A stretch of 64,000 nt of DNA from Candidatus Aminicenantes bacterium (GTDB taxonomy: Bacteria > Acidobacteriota > Aminicenantia > Aminicenantales > Aminicenantaceae): NCBI GenBank assembly GCA_016927475.1, contig JAFGMO010000012.1, positions 21,287 to 85,286 on the forward strand. The letters run 5' to 3'. A program made the translations under genes and the position numbers. This document shows, one piece after another, positions 9,244-19,973 of the stretch. A model generated the notes under the pieces. The model did no database searches. It saw only the letters and a program-made list of their open reading frames with translations, and was not told the origin of the DNA. Numbering within the stretch: the stretch's first letter is position 1; each line of letters starts with the position of its first letter.

Positions 9244-12200
9244 ATGAGAAAATCCGGTCCCTTTTTTCTCCATTTTTGCCTTCCTTTTTTCCTATATGCC
9301 ATTTTGCTTTTTACGCCTGCCAAAGCAGAGGCGCAGTTCAAACGGCTTTCCTTGCGCGAAGGTTTATCGCAAAGCCAGGTTTTTTGTGTTGTTCAGGATA
9401 TGGGCGGTTTTTTATGGTTTGGTACCCTGGATGGATTGAACAAGTATGACGGGACGAAATTCACTATTTTCCGGAGGATGATCAATGATCCTCATTCGCT
9501 TTCCGATAACAATATCCTATCACTCTGTGTTGATAAATCAGGAACTTTATGGATCGGAACAGAAGGAGGAGGGCTCAACAGATTAAATCCCGACATGGAG
9601 ACTTTTGCTCATTTTGAACATGATCCCGCTGTTTCTACGAGTTTAGGGAACAACTTCGTTAATGTGATTTTACAGAGCGGAAAGGGCTTTCTCTTGATCG
9701 GTACAGATGGTGGAGGATTATACACATTTGATCAAAAAAGTGAAGAGTTCCGACTCGTGGATTTTTCTCCTTATGATGCACAAATTCATGTGAATGCTGT
9801 TGTCGAAGAAAGTCAGGGAACCTTATGGATGGGAACAACGGCCGGGCTGTTCAAAAAAGATGCAAAAAACGGTAAAGTGGACAAGTTTGTTCATGATCCG
9901 GCCATCGCCGGCAGCCTTTCCCATGACGAAGTCGGAGCGCTTATGCTGGATAAAGAAGGAAATCTATGGGTCGGAACATCGGACGGTCTTGACAGGTTAA
10001 ACAGAGGGAGCGGGGAGTTTGAACATTTTAAACACCAGTCGGACAAACCGAACAGCCTTTCGGATAATAATATCAAATCTCTTTTTCAGGATTCGAAGGG
10101 AAGCATATGGGTTGGAACGGAGAGAGGGGGTCTCAATCGGTGGGACAGCAAGAATAGGATTTTTACGCGGTATGTGAATGATCCTGTGGATCCTGAGAGC
10201 ATCAGTGACAACAGTATTAACGACATTTTTGAGGACCGTTCCGGAGTTTTATGGATTGCAACCAACAATAACGGACTGTCTAAGTTGAGCTTGGTGAGGA
10301 AAAATTTTCATGTTTTTCGAAAACGTCCTTACGATGATAACAGCCTTAGCAATAATGTTGTTTGGGCCGTTCACCAGGATAAAAAAGGAATCTTTTGGGT
10401 GGGAACTGAAAATGGTTTGAACCGGATTGACAGAAAGAGAGGGAAGATTACGAGATTTTATGCGCAGGAGGATTCGTTGCGTTCCATCAGCCATAATTTG
10501 ATCAGGGCTATCTGTGAGGATAGCCAGGGAAATCTGTGGGTGGGGACGGATGGAGGAGGTGTCGACAAGCGGGATTCAAAAACAGGAAAATGGGAGAATT
10601 TTAGCCATGATTCCTCCATTCCCATGGGCCTAAGCAGCAATTACATACGTGTCATTTTTGAGGATCATTCCGGCTTGATCTGGATCGGAACACTAGGAGG
10701 TGGTTTGAACTGCTTGGATCCTCAAAAGAATAAATGTGTTGTCTACAGGAATGAGCCAGGCAATTCCGCAAGCCTTAATAATGATAACGTATATTCCTTG
10801 ATGGAAGACAGCAGGGGAGATCTCTGGGTAGGGACCCTGGGTGGCTTGAATGTGTTTAACAGGGCAAAAAAAACCTTCCATAACTATACGTATAATCCTG
10901 ATGATCCCGCTTCTATAAGTGACAACGGAATCGGAGTTATTTATGAAGATACAAAGGGAAATTTTTGGGTAGGAACGGACAGCGGTCTCAACAAGTTCGA
11001 TAGGACAAGGAATATTTTTATCCGATACACGGTCAAGGACGGTCTGCCCAATGATTTTATCTATGGAATGCTGGAAGACGACAGCGGGCATCTTTGGATC
11101 AGTACCAACCGGGGTTTATCCCGTTTTCATATCGGGACAGAGTTCTTCCGCAACTATGATATCGCCGACGGAATCCAGAGCAATGAATTTAACGCCGGGT
11201 CATTCTTCAAAAATGACAGCGGAGAAATGTTTTTTGGGGGGATCAACGGATTGACTTTTTTCTATCCGGATGAAATAAAAGATAACCTCTATATTCCTCC
11301 AGTTGTATTGACTGAATTCAAGAAATTCGACAGGGCCGTCAGGTTTGACCGTCCGCTGAACCATATCTCATCCATTCGTTTGCACCACAAGGATGATTTC
11401 ATTTCTTTCAGGTTTGCAGCCCTGGATTTCAATGCGCCGGAGAACAACCAGTATTTGTACAAAATGGAAGGTTTTGAAGCAAGCTGGCATGCCTGTGAAG
11501 CGGAACCCCGGGCTACCTATACCAATCTCAATCCGGGGGATTATATCTTCCGGGTAATAGGATCGAATAATGACGGAGTTTGGAATCGTAAGGGACTTTC
11601 AATCCATGTTGAAATTTTGCCGCCTTTTTGGAGCACAGCCTGGTTCAGGATATTAGCGGTTTTATTGTTGGGGGCGATGGTTTTTTTGGTGATCCAGTTC
11701 CGGACGCGACAGGTTTATGCTCAAAGAAAAAAATTGCAGGAACTTGTCCGGTTGAAGACGGAACAGCTCCAGAAAGCCAATAAGGAATTAGAGAAACTGG
11801 CCGGCGAAGATGCTTTAACAAAAATCGCTAATAGAAGAACATTTCAGAAATATATGGACCTGGAATGGAAAAAAGCTCAAAGAGAGAAAGATCCTCTTTC
11901 TTTGATCATGATCGATGTGGACCTTTTCAAATTATTTAATGATACCTATGGGCATCAGGCGGGTGATGATTGTTTGGTCCAGTTAGCCTGTGTTTTGAAA
12001 GAAACCGTAAAACGGCCGGGAGATTTTATCGCCCGTTACGGTGGGGAGGAATTTGCCGTTATTCTTCTCAATACAAATAAAGAAGGGGCTGTTCATGTTG
12101 CCCAAGAGATCAAGGAAAACATGATCAAGCGGCATATTCCCTTTAGAAATTCGCCTGTAAAAAATGTGGTGACGGTCAGCTTGGGGGTTTCCACGCTCGT

Positions 12201-12309
12201 CCCGTCATCTGAGAATAATCCTACGCAGCTTATCCTGTATGCAGACCGTGCCCTTTACGAGGCGAAAAAGTGCGGGAGGAATTGGATTATATCGTACACA
12301 CCGGTATAA
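9244..12309 (+). CDS. sensor diguanylate cyclase: periplasmic two-component-regulator propeller repeats + Y_Y_Y domain + TM + coiled coil + GGDEF
   Basis: Signal peptide, about 14 repeats of the NxIxxIxxDxxGxLWIGTxxGLNxxD type and a Y_Y_Y-like region. One TM helix (WFRILAVLLLGAMVFLVI) and a GGDEF domain with RYGGEEF active-site motif. Confidence 0.85.
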   Translation: MRKSGPFFLHFCLPFFLYAILLFTPAKAEAQFKRLSLREGLSQSQVFCVVQDMGGFLWFGTLDGLNKYDGTKFTIFRRMINDPHSLSDNNILSLCVDKSGTLWIGTEGGGLNRLNPDMETFAHFEHDPAVSTSLGNNFVNVILQSGKGFLLIGTDGGGLYTFDQKSEEFRLVDFSPYDAQIHVNAVVEESQGTLWMGTTAGLFKKDAKNGKVDKFVHDPAIAGSLSHDEVGALMLDKEGNLWVGTSDGLDRLNRGSGEFEHFKHQSDKPNSLSDNNIKSLFQDSKGSIWVGTERGGLNRWDSKNRIFTRYVNDPVDPESISDNSINDIFEDRSGVLWIATNNNGLSKLSLVRKNFHVFRKRPYDDNSLSNNVVWAVHQDKKGIFWVGTENGLNRIDRKRGKITRFYAQEDSLRSISHNLIRAICEDSQGNLWVGTDGGGVDKRDSKTGKWENFSHDSSIPMGLSSNYIRVIFEDHSGLIWIGTLGGGLNCLDPQKNKCVVYRNEPGNSASLNNDNVYSLMEDSRGDLWVGTLGGLNVFNRAKKTFHNYTYNPDDPASISDNGIGVIYEDTKGNFWVGTDSGLNKFDRTRNIFIRYTVKDGLPNDFIYGMLEDDSGHLWISTNRGLSRFHIGTEFFRNYDIADGIQSNEFNAGSFFKNDSGEMFFGGINGLTFFYPDEIKDNLYIPPVVLTEFKKFDRAVRFDRPLNHISSIRLHHKDDFISFRFAALDFNAPENNQYLYKMEGFEASWHACEAEPRATYTNLNPGDYIFRVIGSNNDGVWNRKGLSIHVEILPPFWSTAWFRILAVLLLGAMVFLVIQFRTRQVYAQRKKLQELVRLKTEQLQKANKELEKLAGEDALTKIANRRTFQKYMDLEWKKAQREKDPLSLIMIDVDLFKLFNDTYGHQAGDDCLVQLACVLKETVKRPGDFIARYGGEEFAVILLNTNKEGAVHVAQEIKENMIKRHIPFRNSPVKNVVTVSLGVSTLVPSSENNPTQLILYADRALYEAKKCGRNWIISYTPV

Positions 12310-12329
12310 TCCATCAACGCCATGCATCT

Positions 12330-12385
12330 TCGCTAAACTCTACTCGCCTGAAAGGTAAATATGTCCGGTTTTTTCTTTTTTCTTC
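12330..12385 (-). repeat. fragment of the MITE-like family (internal CTCGCCTGAAAGGTAAAT...CCGG segment)
   Basis: Matches the internal segment of copies B and C (ctcgcctggaaggtaaatttggtcgg). Confidence 0.5.
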
Positions 12386-12521
12386 TCACTCCCGGGCAGA
12401 TTTATGGACAACAAAAGTTTGCTTTAGCTGTTAACATTAAAAATATTCTATTGAATAAACAAAAATACTTTTTCGTATAAAATATAGTGAACATAATATC
12501 GAGCAAAGGAGATGTGCTAGC

Positions 12522-14984
12522 ATGAGACACAAAGCCGTCATCGTTTTTATGCTTTTATTTTTATTATTCATCTTTGTTATTGGTGAGGAAAAGGAGATAA
12601 AACCCTTTCCCCTCAGCGGATTTGCTGAGAAAGGTCATTTTTTCATTTACGTCCAGGGAAGCGCTATCGGGGAGATCGACTATACGCTGACTGATGAGGG
12701 AAATTATTCCCGCATATTTACCTTGTCCATGGCCGGCCAGAAGGCTGAAAATGTGTTGGAGATCACTTCGGGACCCGGAGGAATCTGGGAAAAGATGACC
12801 ATCAAGGTGCCTACAGAAACGGTTTCCATAACGCGTCTAGAGGGGAAGGCGGAGTACCATCTCGAAAAAAAGGACGAGACCTACAGCACCGTTCTTAAGG
12901 ATGGACATATTCTTTACGATAGCTATGGTCCGGTTTTCGAGGGATTCATGATTCGGGCTTATGATATGGATAAAGGCGGTGTTCAGAAGATACCAAGATT
13001 CCTTATCCCGGCCCGTACTGAGGAAGCGGAACTTGAGTTCAAGGGAAAGGAAGTCCGCACTCTGAATGGCAAGGATACGACCTTCAGTCTTTTTAACGTT
13101 AAGGTAGTGGGGATCGAACTTACGATCTGGGCCGATGCAAGCAACCGAATCATGATGATGAATGTACCCGTGCAGCATGCCGTGTACATAAGGGAAGGAG
13201 CCGAGGAATTGATGGTGGCTGGTGAGGAAGATCCCCTTCTCTCCAAACCGCAGTATGATGTTCGAAAGGAAACGGTTTTGATTCCCATGCGGGATTCCGT
13301 GGAGCTCTCCACGGACCTTTATTTCCCGGAAATCATGGACCGGAAATTACCCGTTATTCTCATCCGGACACCCTATATGAAAGAAATGAACGAACTGACG
13401 GGAAAATATTTCGGCAGACGCGGATTTGTCGTTGCCGTACAGGACTGCAGGGGACGGTTCGCTTCGAAAGGGACATGGGAACCTTTTGTCCATGAGTCAA
13501 GGGATGGTTACGATACCGTAGAATGGCTGGGTACCCGGGATTGGTCCAACGGAAAAGTGGGAATGATCGGTGGCTCTTATGTGGGTTGGGTCCAACTCTG
13601 GGCGGCGGTGGCCCAACCGCCCCACCTGACAACGATAATTCCCAACGTGGCACCGCCGGACCCGTTCTATAACATTCCTTATGAGTACGGTTCCTTTTTT
13701 ATCCTGGGGGCTATCTGGTGGGCCGAGATCCTTGAAACGGAAGCCACCGGTGACCTGACCGGGAAGACTATGGCCCAGATTAATGAACACAAATATGAAA
13801 AAGTTCTTAAATCCCTGCCTGTTATCGATCTGGATAAAAAGATCCTGGGAAAGGAAAATATTTATTGGCGCAAATGGATCCATCACAACATAAACGATGA
13901 GTACTGGGAGCAGGCGAATTTTATGGAGAAGCTCAAAGATCTGGACCTTCCGGTTTTTCTTCAATCCGGCTGGTTCGACGGCGACGGTATTGGAAGCAAG
14001 CTCAACTACATGGCTTTAAAGCAATCCCGGAACCACAACATAAAGCTCATTATCGGACCGTGGGGCCATACGGACCAGTCATCCTCTACGATAGGTGACT
14101 TTGATTTCGGTCGCCAGGCCGCTCCGGACCTACAGAAGCTTTACCTGCGCTGGTTCGACTACTGGCTTAAAGGCGTCGACAACAATATTTTAGAAGAACC
14201 ATTGGTGCAATACTTTGTCATGTTTTCCAATGTATGGCTGGAAGGAGATACCTACCCCTTACCGGAGACTCGTTTCACTGAGTTTTATCTGAATTCCGTA
14301 AAAGGAGCCAACACCTCGTGCGGCGACGGGACACTGGCTGTTCAGCTTCCCCGTTCGGGCAAAGACTTCGACAGGTATATTTATGATCCGGGAGATCCGA
14401 CGCCCTGGCCCGAATATTATTACAAAAGCGAGGAAGAGACCGAACAGGAAAAAAGCAAGACAGTCAATATCGAGGAGGTTAAAAAACAGGTTGAGGCGTT
14501 CCATAACAAGGTCACCAATGAACGGGAAGATATCCTGGTTTTCCGGACCCGGCCGTTGGAAGAGCCTGTTTCCATCGCCGGGCCTGTTTCCGCCGTTTTG
14601 TATGCAGCCTCTTCGGCGCCTGATACCGACTGGTTTGTCACCCTGATGGATGAAGATGAAGACGGAAAAATTTTCCATCTTGTCCGGGGAACCGTACGAG
14701 CCCGGTTCCGCGAATCCCTCAAGAAGCCGCGGCTGCTGGAAAAAAACAAGGTTTATTCCTATAACATTAATATGTGGCAGACGGGAATAACCTTTCAAAA
14801 GGGACACCGAATCCGTGTGGAAATATCATCGGCCTTGTTCCCCATGTTTTCCCGCAATCTTAATACGGGTGGCCATAATGAAATAGAGACTGCCTTTCAA
14901 AAGGCCGAGCAGCGTATTTATCACTCCGAAGAATATCCTTCCTATGTGTTGCTGCCTATTGTGGAAGTCAAAAATCAGCAATGA
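12522..14984 (+). CDS. CocE/NonD family hydrolase (S15 X-Pro dipeptidyl-peptidase-like alpha/beta hydrolase) with N-terminal extra domain and C-terminal beta-sandwich
   Basis: IGGSYVGW nucleophile elbow and overall length and order typical of CocE/NonD. Signal-peptide-like N-terminus; RBS AAGGAG. Confidence 0.7.
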   Translation: MRHKAVIVFMLLFLLFIFVIGEEKEIKPFPLSGFAEKGHFFIYVQGSAIGEIDYTLTDEGNYSRIFTLSMAGQKAENVLEITSGPGGIWEKMTIKVPTETVSITRLEGKAEYHLEKKDETYSTVLKDGHILYDSYGPVFEGFMIRAYDMDKGGVQKIPRFLIPARTEEAELEFKGKEVRTLNGKDTTFSLFNVKVVGIELTIWADASNRIMMMNVPVQHAVYIREGAEELMVAGEEDPLLSKPQYDVRKETVLIPMRDSVELSTDLYFPEIMDRKLPVILIRTPYMKEMNELTGKYFGRRGFVVAVQDCRGRFASKGTWEPFVHESRDGYDTVEWLGTRDWSNGKVGMIGGSYVGWVQLWAAVAQPPHLTTIIPNVAPPDPFYNIPYEYGSFFILGAIWWAEILETEATGDLTGKTMAQINEHKYEKVLKSLPVIDLDKKILGKENIYWRKWIHHNINDEYWEQANFMEKLKDLDLPVFLQSGWFDGDGIGSKLNYMALKQSRNHNIKLIIGPWGHTDQSSSTIGDFDFGRQAAPDLQKLYLRWFDYWLKGVDNNILEEPLVQYFVMFSNVWLEGDTYPLPETRFTEFYLNSVKGANTSCGDGTLAVQLPRSGKDFDRYIYDPGDPTPWPEYYYKSEEETEQEKSKTVNIEEVKKQVEAFHNKVTNEREDILVFRTRPLEEPVSIAGPVSAVLYAASSAPDTDWFVTLMDEDEDGKIFHLVRGTVRARFRESLKKPRLLEKNKVYSYNINMWQTGITFQKGHRIRVEISSALFPMFSRNLNTGGHNEIETAFQKAEQRIYHSEEYPSYVLLPIVEVKNQQ

Positions 14985-14995
14985 TAAAGGGTTCA

Positions 14996-15150
14996 ACCTG
15001 AATAAAGCAGCTGCCCTTGCATTATTCATAAATTTGGCCGACAGCAACTCATAATTTCAATATTGAGTAGCATTTAATGCTGGTTTTCGGCAAAAATGAT
15101 ACTGGAACATTTTCCATGACCATTTTAAGAAGCTGCTGACATTGCTTTTA
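14996..15150 (+). mobile_element. MITE-like repeat, copy D (5' half, degenerate 3' end) preceded by an inverted TIR
   Basis: CCTTGCATTATTCATAAATTTGGCCGACAGC...GGAACATTTTCCATGACCATTTT matches the 5' half of copy A. It is preceded by CCTGAATAAAGCAG, a TIR in opposite orientation, forming a hairpin junction. Confidence 0.6.
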
Positions 15151-15297
15151 TACCGGAAGACGTGAAAAATTGTAGATGTTTTACATTTGCCATATTTTTT
15201 GAAAAAGTTTATCTTAAAATATAGAAAAAAGCGTTATTTACCCGGTTGTGATGGAAATAAAGAGGTCAAAGGGCCGGGATTTGAAAAGCGGAGAGAC

Positions 15298-16782
15298 ATG
15301 AGAATTAAAAAGCGAAATAAGAGGCGGCAATTTTTCATTTTTCTAGGTTTTTTTCTGCTGATGATGTTCTTATGGAGTTGTGAGACGGAGCAGTCCTTGG
15401 CCCGCTCCCGGCAGAAGGCCGCGGAGAAGGGGCTGCTTAAGGCTGTTGTTTTTAAGGGAATGCAGCCTGAAAAAATGAATCTTATGGAAAGAATGCAGTA
15501 CTACCGGGTTCCGGGAGTCAGTCTGGCTGTTATCGATAAGCTTCGCGTGGAATGGACCATGGGTTACGGTTTTCGAAGGGCTGGTGAGAATAATTCTATT
15601 ACTCCTGAAACCGTTTTCCAGGCAGCATCCCTCAGCCAACCGGTTGCGGGACAAACGGCGCTTCATTATGTCCGAACGGGAAAATTCCAGTTGAATACCG
15701 GTGTGAACAGGCTGTTGAGATCCTGGAAACTGTGGGAAGGCGATAACATCAACCAAAGGGAGGTGACATTATTTGACCTGTTAACCCATACTGCTGGACT
15801 GGTGGAGTGGACCTTCAACGGTTATTCTCCGGATGAGGAGATCCCTTCTTCGGAACAAATCCTTGAAGGACTAAAACCTGCCAATTCCCCTTGCTTGAGG
15901 ATCGTTTATTCCCCAGGTTCCGAGGTTCGTATTTCCGAACTTGGTTTTTTTCTCCTTCAAAGATTGCTGGAGGATGTCCTTGATAAACCGTTTGCCGATG
16001 CGGCCTCTGAATCTGTTTTGAAGCCCTTGGCCATGAAAAGAAGCGCCTTCAGTGCTGTCCTTCCCGAAGCATTGGCTGGAAATGCGGCTGTGGGGCATCT
16101 TCGCGACGGAGAACCTGTTAAAGGGGGGTACAACCGTTATCCGGAATTGGCGGCTGCCGGGCTATGGTCGACACCAAATGATATGGCTGTGTTTGTCATC
16201 GACATTATGAAGACGGCTCTGGGAGAATCCGACCATGTCATTTCTCCCGAGGCGGCTCGGGCCATGCTAACTCCTCATGTGGGCAACAGAGGTTTGGCTT
16301 TCAAGGTAGAGGATGAAGGGGACGATCTTTATTTCACCATCCGCGGGCGAAACCATGGTTTTGAATGTGTTTTGGTGGCTTATCCCGTCCGGAGGCAGGG
16401 AGTTGTTATTATGACCAACAGCGATAATGGCTCTTATCTTATTGATGAAATCTTGCGTGGGGTGTCCGCCGTTTATGAATGGCCCCATTTTCAGCAGGAG
16501 GTCAAGACACTCTACCGGCTTGATCCGTCCATATATAAGCAGTATGTCGGGCGTTACGAGATCAATCCTGAATACATCCTGGATGTAAAGTTTGAAGATT
16601 ATTATCTTGTTATCCAGCCTACGGGACAGGCTCCGACCAAGTTTTATGTTGAAAATCCGAGCATGTTTTTTTCCACCGATCCCCTCATTCGTATTCGATT
16701 CACCCGTGATGAAACCGGCCGTGTGAATGGACTGATGCTCTATCAGCGAGATTTTAGTATGAAGGGGCGGAAAATCAACTAA
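15298..16782 (+). CDS. serine hydrolase of the beta-lactamase/transpeptidase fold (class C beta-lactamase-like), lipoprotein
   Basis: Lipobox (FLWSC) after a basic N-region. Candidate S-x-x-K motif (FQAASLSQ) and a beta-lactamase-like length. ATG 15298 is chosen over the track start because of the signal peptide. Confidence 0.65.
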   Translation: MRIKKRNKRRQFFIFLGFFLLMMFLWSCETEQSLARSRQKAAEKGLLKAVVFKGMQPEKMNLMERMQYYRVPGVSLAVIDKLRVEWTMGYGFRRAGENNSITPETVFQAASLSQPVAGQTALHYVRTGKFQLNTGVNRLLRSWKLWEGDNINQREVTLFDLLTHTAGLVEWTFNGYSPDEEIPSSEQILEGLKPANSPCLRIVYSPGSEVRISELGFFLLQRLLEDVLDKPFADAASESVLKPLAMKRSAFSAVLPEALAGNAAVGHLRDGEPVKGGYNRYPELAAAGLWSTPNDMAVFVIDIMKTALGESDHVISPEAARAMLTPHVGNRGLAFKVEDEGDDLYFTIRGRNHGFECVLVAYPVRRQGVVIMTNSDNGSYLIDEILRGVSAVYEWPHFQQEVKTLYRLDPSIYKQYVGRYEINPEYILDVKFEDYYLVIQPTGQAPTKFYVENPSMFFSTDPLIRIRFTRDETGRVNGLMLYQRDFSMKGRKIN

Positions 16783-16824
16783 CGCTTCATTTGTTTTATT
16801 CCTTTAATTTTTAGGAAAATCTTG

Positions 16825-16853
16825 TTGACAAACGCATCAATATTCCTTAAAAT
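16825..16853 (+). promoter_or_regulatory. sigma70-like promoter TTGACA-N17-TAAAAT for the PadR-permease operon, overlapped by AGGAA/TTCCT repeats
   Basis: TTGACA at 16825-30, 17-nt spacer, TAAAAT at 16848-53. ATATTCCTTAA-type motifs flank it. Confidence 0.4.
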
Positions 16854-16878
16854 TAAAGGAAAACTATAAGGATTAAAA

Positions 16879-17199
16879 ATGAAGCTTTTAACACGAGCGG
16901 AAGAAATGATCCTTCTGTCCATTCTTAGGCTCAAAGACAACGCCTACTGTGTGCCCATTTTTGACGAGATCCAGCGGATCACACAAAAAAAATGGACCAT
17001 GGGAGGGATTTACATTCCGCTTTACAGGCTTGAAAAGAATGGGTATGTGGGATCCCATCTTGGTCAACCCACTGCAGAGCGGGGGGGGAAAAGTAAAAGA
17101 TTTTACTGGCTGACCCCTAAGGGTTTGAAATCCCTCGAGGCGATCAAAAAGATCGAAAAAGCTATGTGGGAAGGACTTACCCAAGTCGGCACTGATTGA
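16879..17199 (+). CDS. PadR family transcriptional regulator
   Basis: Winged-helix PadR signature (LSILRLKDNAYCVPI...GGIYIPLYRLEKNGYV...). Confidence 0.9.
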   Translation: MKLLTRAEEMILLSILRLKDNAYCVPIFDEIQRITQKKWTMGGIYIPLYRLEKNGYVGSHLGQPTAERGGKSKRFYWLTPKGLKSLEAIKKIEKAMWEGLTQVGTD

Positions 17200-19841
17200 A
17201 TACGATGACATCAAAGAAAAACAGTCCTCCCAGACTCGGCCAGTGGCTGCTGAAGAATGCGTTGCCGGATTATGTCAGCAAGGTGGGAACGGGAGACTAT
17301 GAAGAAATCTATAAGAGGATTGTCGAGCTTGAAGGCCGGAGCAAGGCGCGAAGATGGTACTGGTCTCAGGTCATAAAGGCTTTGCCTCTGTTTTTATGGG
17401 ATTATCTTTATTGGAGTATGGAAATGTTTAAAAATTATCTAAAAATCGCCTTTAGAAACTTGAAAAGACAAAAAGGATTTTCTCTCATCAATATTTCCGG
17501 ACTGGCCATCGGCATGGCCTGTTGTCTTTTAATCCTGCTGTACGTGTCAGATGAGTTAAGCTTTGACCGGTTCCACAAAAACGGAGATAGAATTTACAGG
17601 ATCCTGTCATACAGCACCATTGGGGGAACCACCCGAAATTTTGCCATATCACCCTCAGCCCTAGCTCCGGCCGCAGCCGAATCCATCCCCGAGATCGAAC
17701 TCTATTGCAGGCTTTATGAGTTCGGAAATATGAGGCTTCAGCATGGTGAAAACATTCATGAATTTCCGACATGGCATAGTGCGGACGAGGACTTTTTTTC
17801 CATCTTTTCCCATGACTTCATAGAGGGAAATCCCGATACCGCCCTTCGGCAGCCCTACTCTTTGGTCTTGCCCAAAAGCACAGCCATAAGGATTTTTGGA
17901 CGAACGGATGTACTCGGTGAAACACTGCACACACCGAACGAAAATCCCCTTGAGGTGAAAATAACAGGCGTGATAGAAGACATCCCGAAAAATTCACACT
18001 ATCATTTTGATATGCTCCTGTCCACACTCACTTTTAGGGCTAGGCAAAACGAGCAGCAGCAGGACCGGCAGCGGAGGCAATCCTTCTTGGATGAACCCTA
18101 TTATTTTCAAGCCTATTCCTACCTTTTTCTCCAGGAAAATGCCGACCCTGAAGACGTGCAGGCCAAAATAATGGCCGTTGTCGAAGCACGGTGGGGAGAT
18201 CTTTTACGACAGAGAGGAGTCACCCGAGAGTACCCACTCCAGACCCTTAAAGACATACATCTGCGGTCCAACTATGAAGCTGAACTAGGTCATCCGGGAA
18301 ACATTAACTATGTCTATCTCTTTTCCGCTGTCGCCCTTCTTGTACTGATCATCGCCTGTTTCAATTTCATCAATCTTTCGACAGCCAAATCCGCTAAACG
18401 GGCCAAAGAAGTCGGACTGCGAAAGGTATTCGGCGCCTATAAAAAGCAGCTTATCAAACAATTTATGGGAGAATCTATCCTTCTTTCCATGTTCGGTCTC
18501 GTTTTGGGTTTGATCCTTGTTCTGCTTGCTCTTCCCATTTTCAACAATCTTACCAATAAACAGTTCAACACTTACCAGCTTTTAAGTTTGACAGTAATAT
18601 TAGGCTTGTTCACTATCATCATGGTTACAGGATTTATAGCCGGAAGCTTTCCCGCTTTTGTTTTATCCTCTTTCCACCCCGTGGAGACGGTTCAAGGAAA
18701 ATTTGCTTCCGGGAAAAAAAGCAGTTTGCTGCGCCGTTTTCTGGTAGTGATCCAGTTTGCCATTTCCATCTTCATGATCATCGGAATTTTGGTCATCCTT
18801 AAACAGCTCGATTTTATGAAAAATAAAGATTTCGGCTTCAATAAAAATCATATGGTCGTTATTATAAACAGAGGCCGTGTCACCGATGCCTTCAAAAACC
18901 AGCTCCTGCAGAATCCTGAAGTTGTATCCGTCTCCTTCTCTCACTCTGTCCCTGGTCAATACTTGGGGGATGACACCTTTCTTCCCGAAGGCAGAAGCTC
19001 AGAGGAAACCGTTAGGGCGTCGGCCTTTTTTATCGGATATGACTTCATCGAGACCTACGAAATGGAGATCGTCTGGGGAAGAGATTTCTCCAAAAAATTT
19101 CCCTCAGATACCCGGGAGGGAATCATCATCAATCAAAAAATGGCTGCGGACATAGGCTGGGGAGAGAGCGATATCGGAAAAGAACTGGTGAATGTATCCA
19201 GCAATAATGCCCGGAAAAAAGTCATCGGGATTGTAAAAAATTTCCACCATAAAAGCCTTAAAATGGAGATCAATCCTACGGTGTTAAACCTTATTCCCCA
19301 AGGCGGCAGATACACTACAGTGCGGATCAAGCCCGAGGATGTCGCTTCCACCTTGGGTTTTCTCGAGGGCCTCTATCAAAAGACCTTTCCCGGACAGGAA
19401 TTCGAATATTATTTTATCGACGATGATTTCAGGAGCAAGTATCCCGAAGAAGAAAAAGTCCAAAAAATCTACTTTTACTTCGGCTTTTTGGCCATTTTTG
19501 TTGCCTTTCTCGGTCTTTATGCACTGGCCTCATATACCATCGAACAGAAAACAAAGGAAGTCGGGATCCGGAAGGTCCTGGGCGCCAAAACACAGGGGCT
19601 TGTCTTTTCACTCTCGAAGGAATTTCTCAAATGGGTGCTTTTAGCCAACATTCTGGCCTGGCCTACGGCTTTTATCATCATGAATAATTGGCTCAAGAAT
19701 TTCGCCTATAGAATAGATATCGCCTGGTGGATGTTTATCGCCTCCGGAATCCTTACAATGACCATTGCCGTTATGACAATAAGTTATCAGGCTTTCAAAT
19801 CGGCCATCTCTGATCCAGTCGAGGCTTTGAGATACGAATAA
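17196..19841 (+). CDS. two-domain FtsX/MacB-like ABC transporter permease with N-terminal permease-prefix domain
   Basis: Prefix motif (...WYWSQVIKALPLFLWDY...MFKNYLKIAFRNLKRQKGFS) followed by two FtsX repeats (TM, about 200-aa periplasmic domain, 3 TM each). It overlaps the PadR stop (TTG 17196 or ATG 17205), consistent with translational coupling. Confidence 0.85.
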   Translation: MNTMTSKKNSPPRLGQWLLKNALPDYVSKVGTGDYEEIYKRIVELEGRSKARRWYWSQVIKALPLFLWDYLYWSMEMFKNYLKIAFRNLKRQKGFSLINISGLAIGMACCLLILLYVSDELSFDRFHKNGDRIYRILSYSTIGGTTRNFAISPSALAPAAAESIPEIELYCRLYEFGNMRLQHGENIHEFPTWHSADEDFFSIFSHDFIEGNPDTALRQPYSLVLPKSTAIRIFGRTDVLGETLHTPNENPLEVKITGVIEDIPKNSHYHFDMLLSTLTFRARQNEQQQDRQRRQSFLDEPYYFQAYSYLFLQENADPEDVQAKIMAVVEARWGDLLRQRGVTREYPLQTLKDIHLRSNYEAELGHPGNINYVYLFSAVALLVLIIACFNFINLSTAKSAKRAKEVGLRKVFGAYKKQLIKQFMGESILLSMFGLVLGLILVLLALPIFNNLTNKQFNTYQLLSLTVILGLFTIIMVTGFIAGSFPAFVLSSFHPVETVQGKFASGKKSSLLRRFLVVIQFAISIFMIIGILVILKQLDFMKNKDFGFNKNHMVVIINRGRVTDAFKNQLLQNPEVVSVSFSHSVPGQYLGDDTFLPEGRSSEETVRASAFFIGYDFIETYEMEIVWGRDFSKKFPSDTREGIIINQKMAADIGWGESDIGKELVNVSSNNARKKVIGIVKNFHHKSLKMEINPTVLNLIPQGGRYTTVRIKPEDVASTLGFLEGLYQKTFPGQEFEYYFIDDDFRSKYPEEEKVQKIYFYFGFLAIFVAFLGLYALASYTIEQKTKEVGIRKVLGAKTQGLVFSLSKEFLKWVLLANILAWPTAFIIMNNWLKNFAYRIDIAWWMFIASGILTMTIAVMTISYQAFKSAISDPVEALRYE

Positions 19842-19844
19842 ACG

Positions 19845-19900
19845 AAGAAATTACGCTGATACATCGAGAGTAACTCGCCTGGAAGGATAACGATAAAAAA
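19845..19900 (+). repeat. fragment of the MITE-like family (CTCGCCTGGAAGG core)
   Basis: Shares the internal core with copies B, C and E. Confidence 0.4.
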
Positions 19901-19973
19901 TAGAAGTTGAGGTTGGTTGCGGACAGCGGTAACCATTGTTTTTCAAGAGGGAAAAACGTAAAATCCTTGTCAA

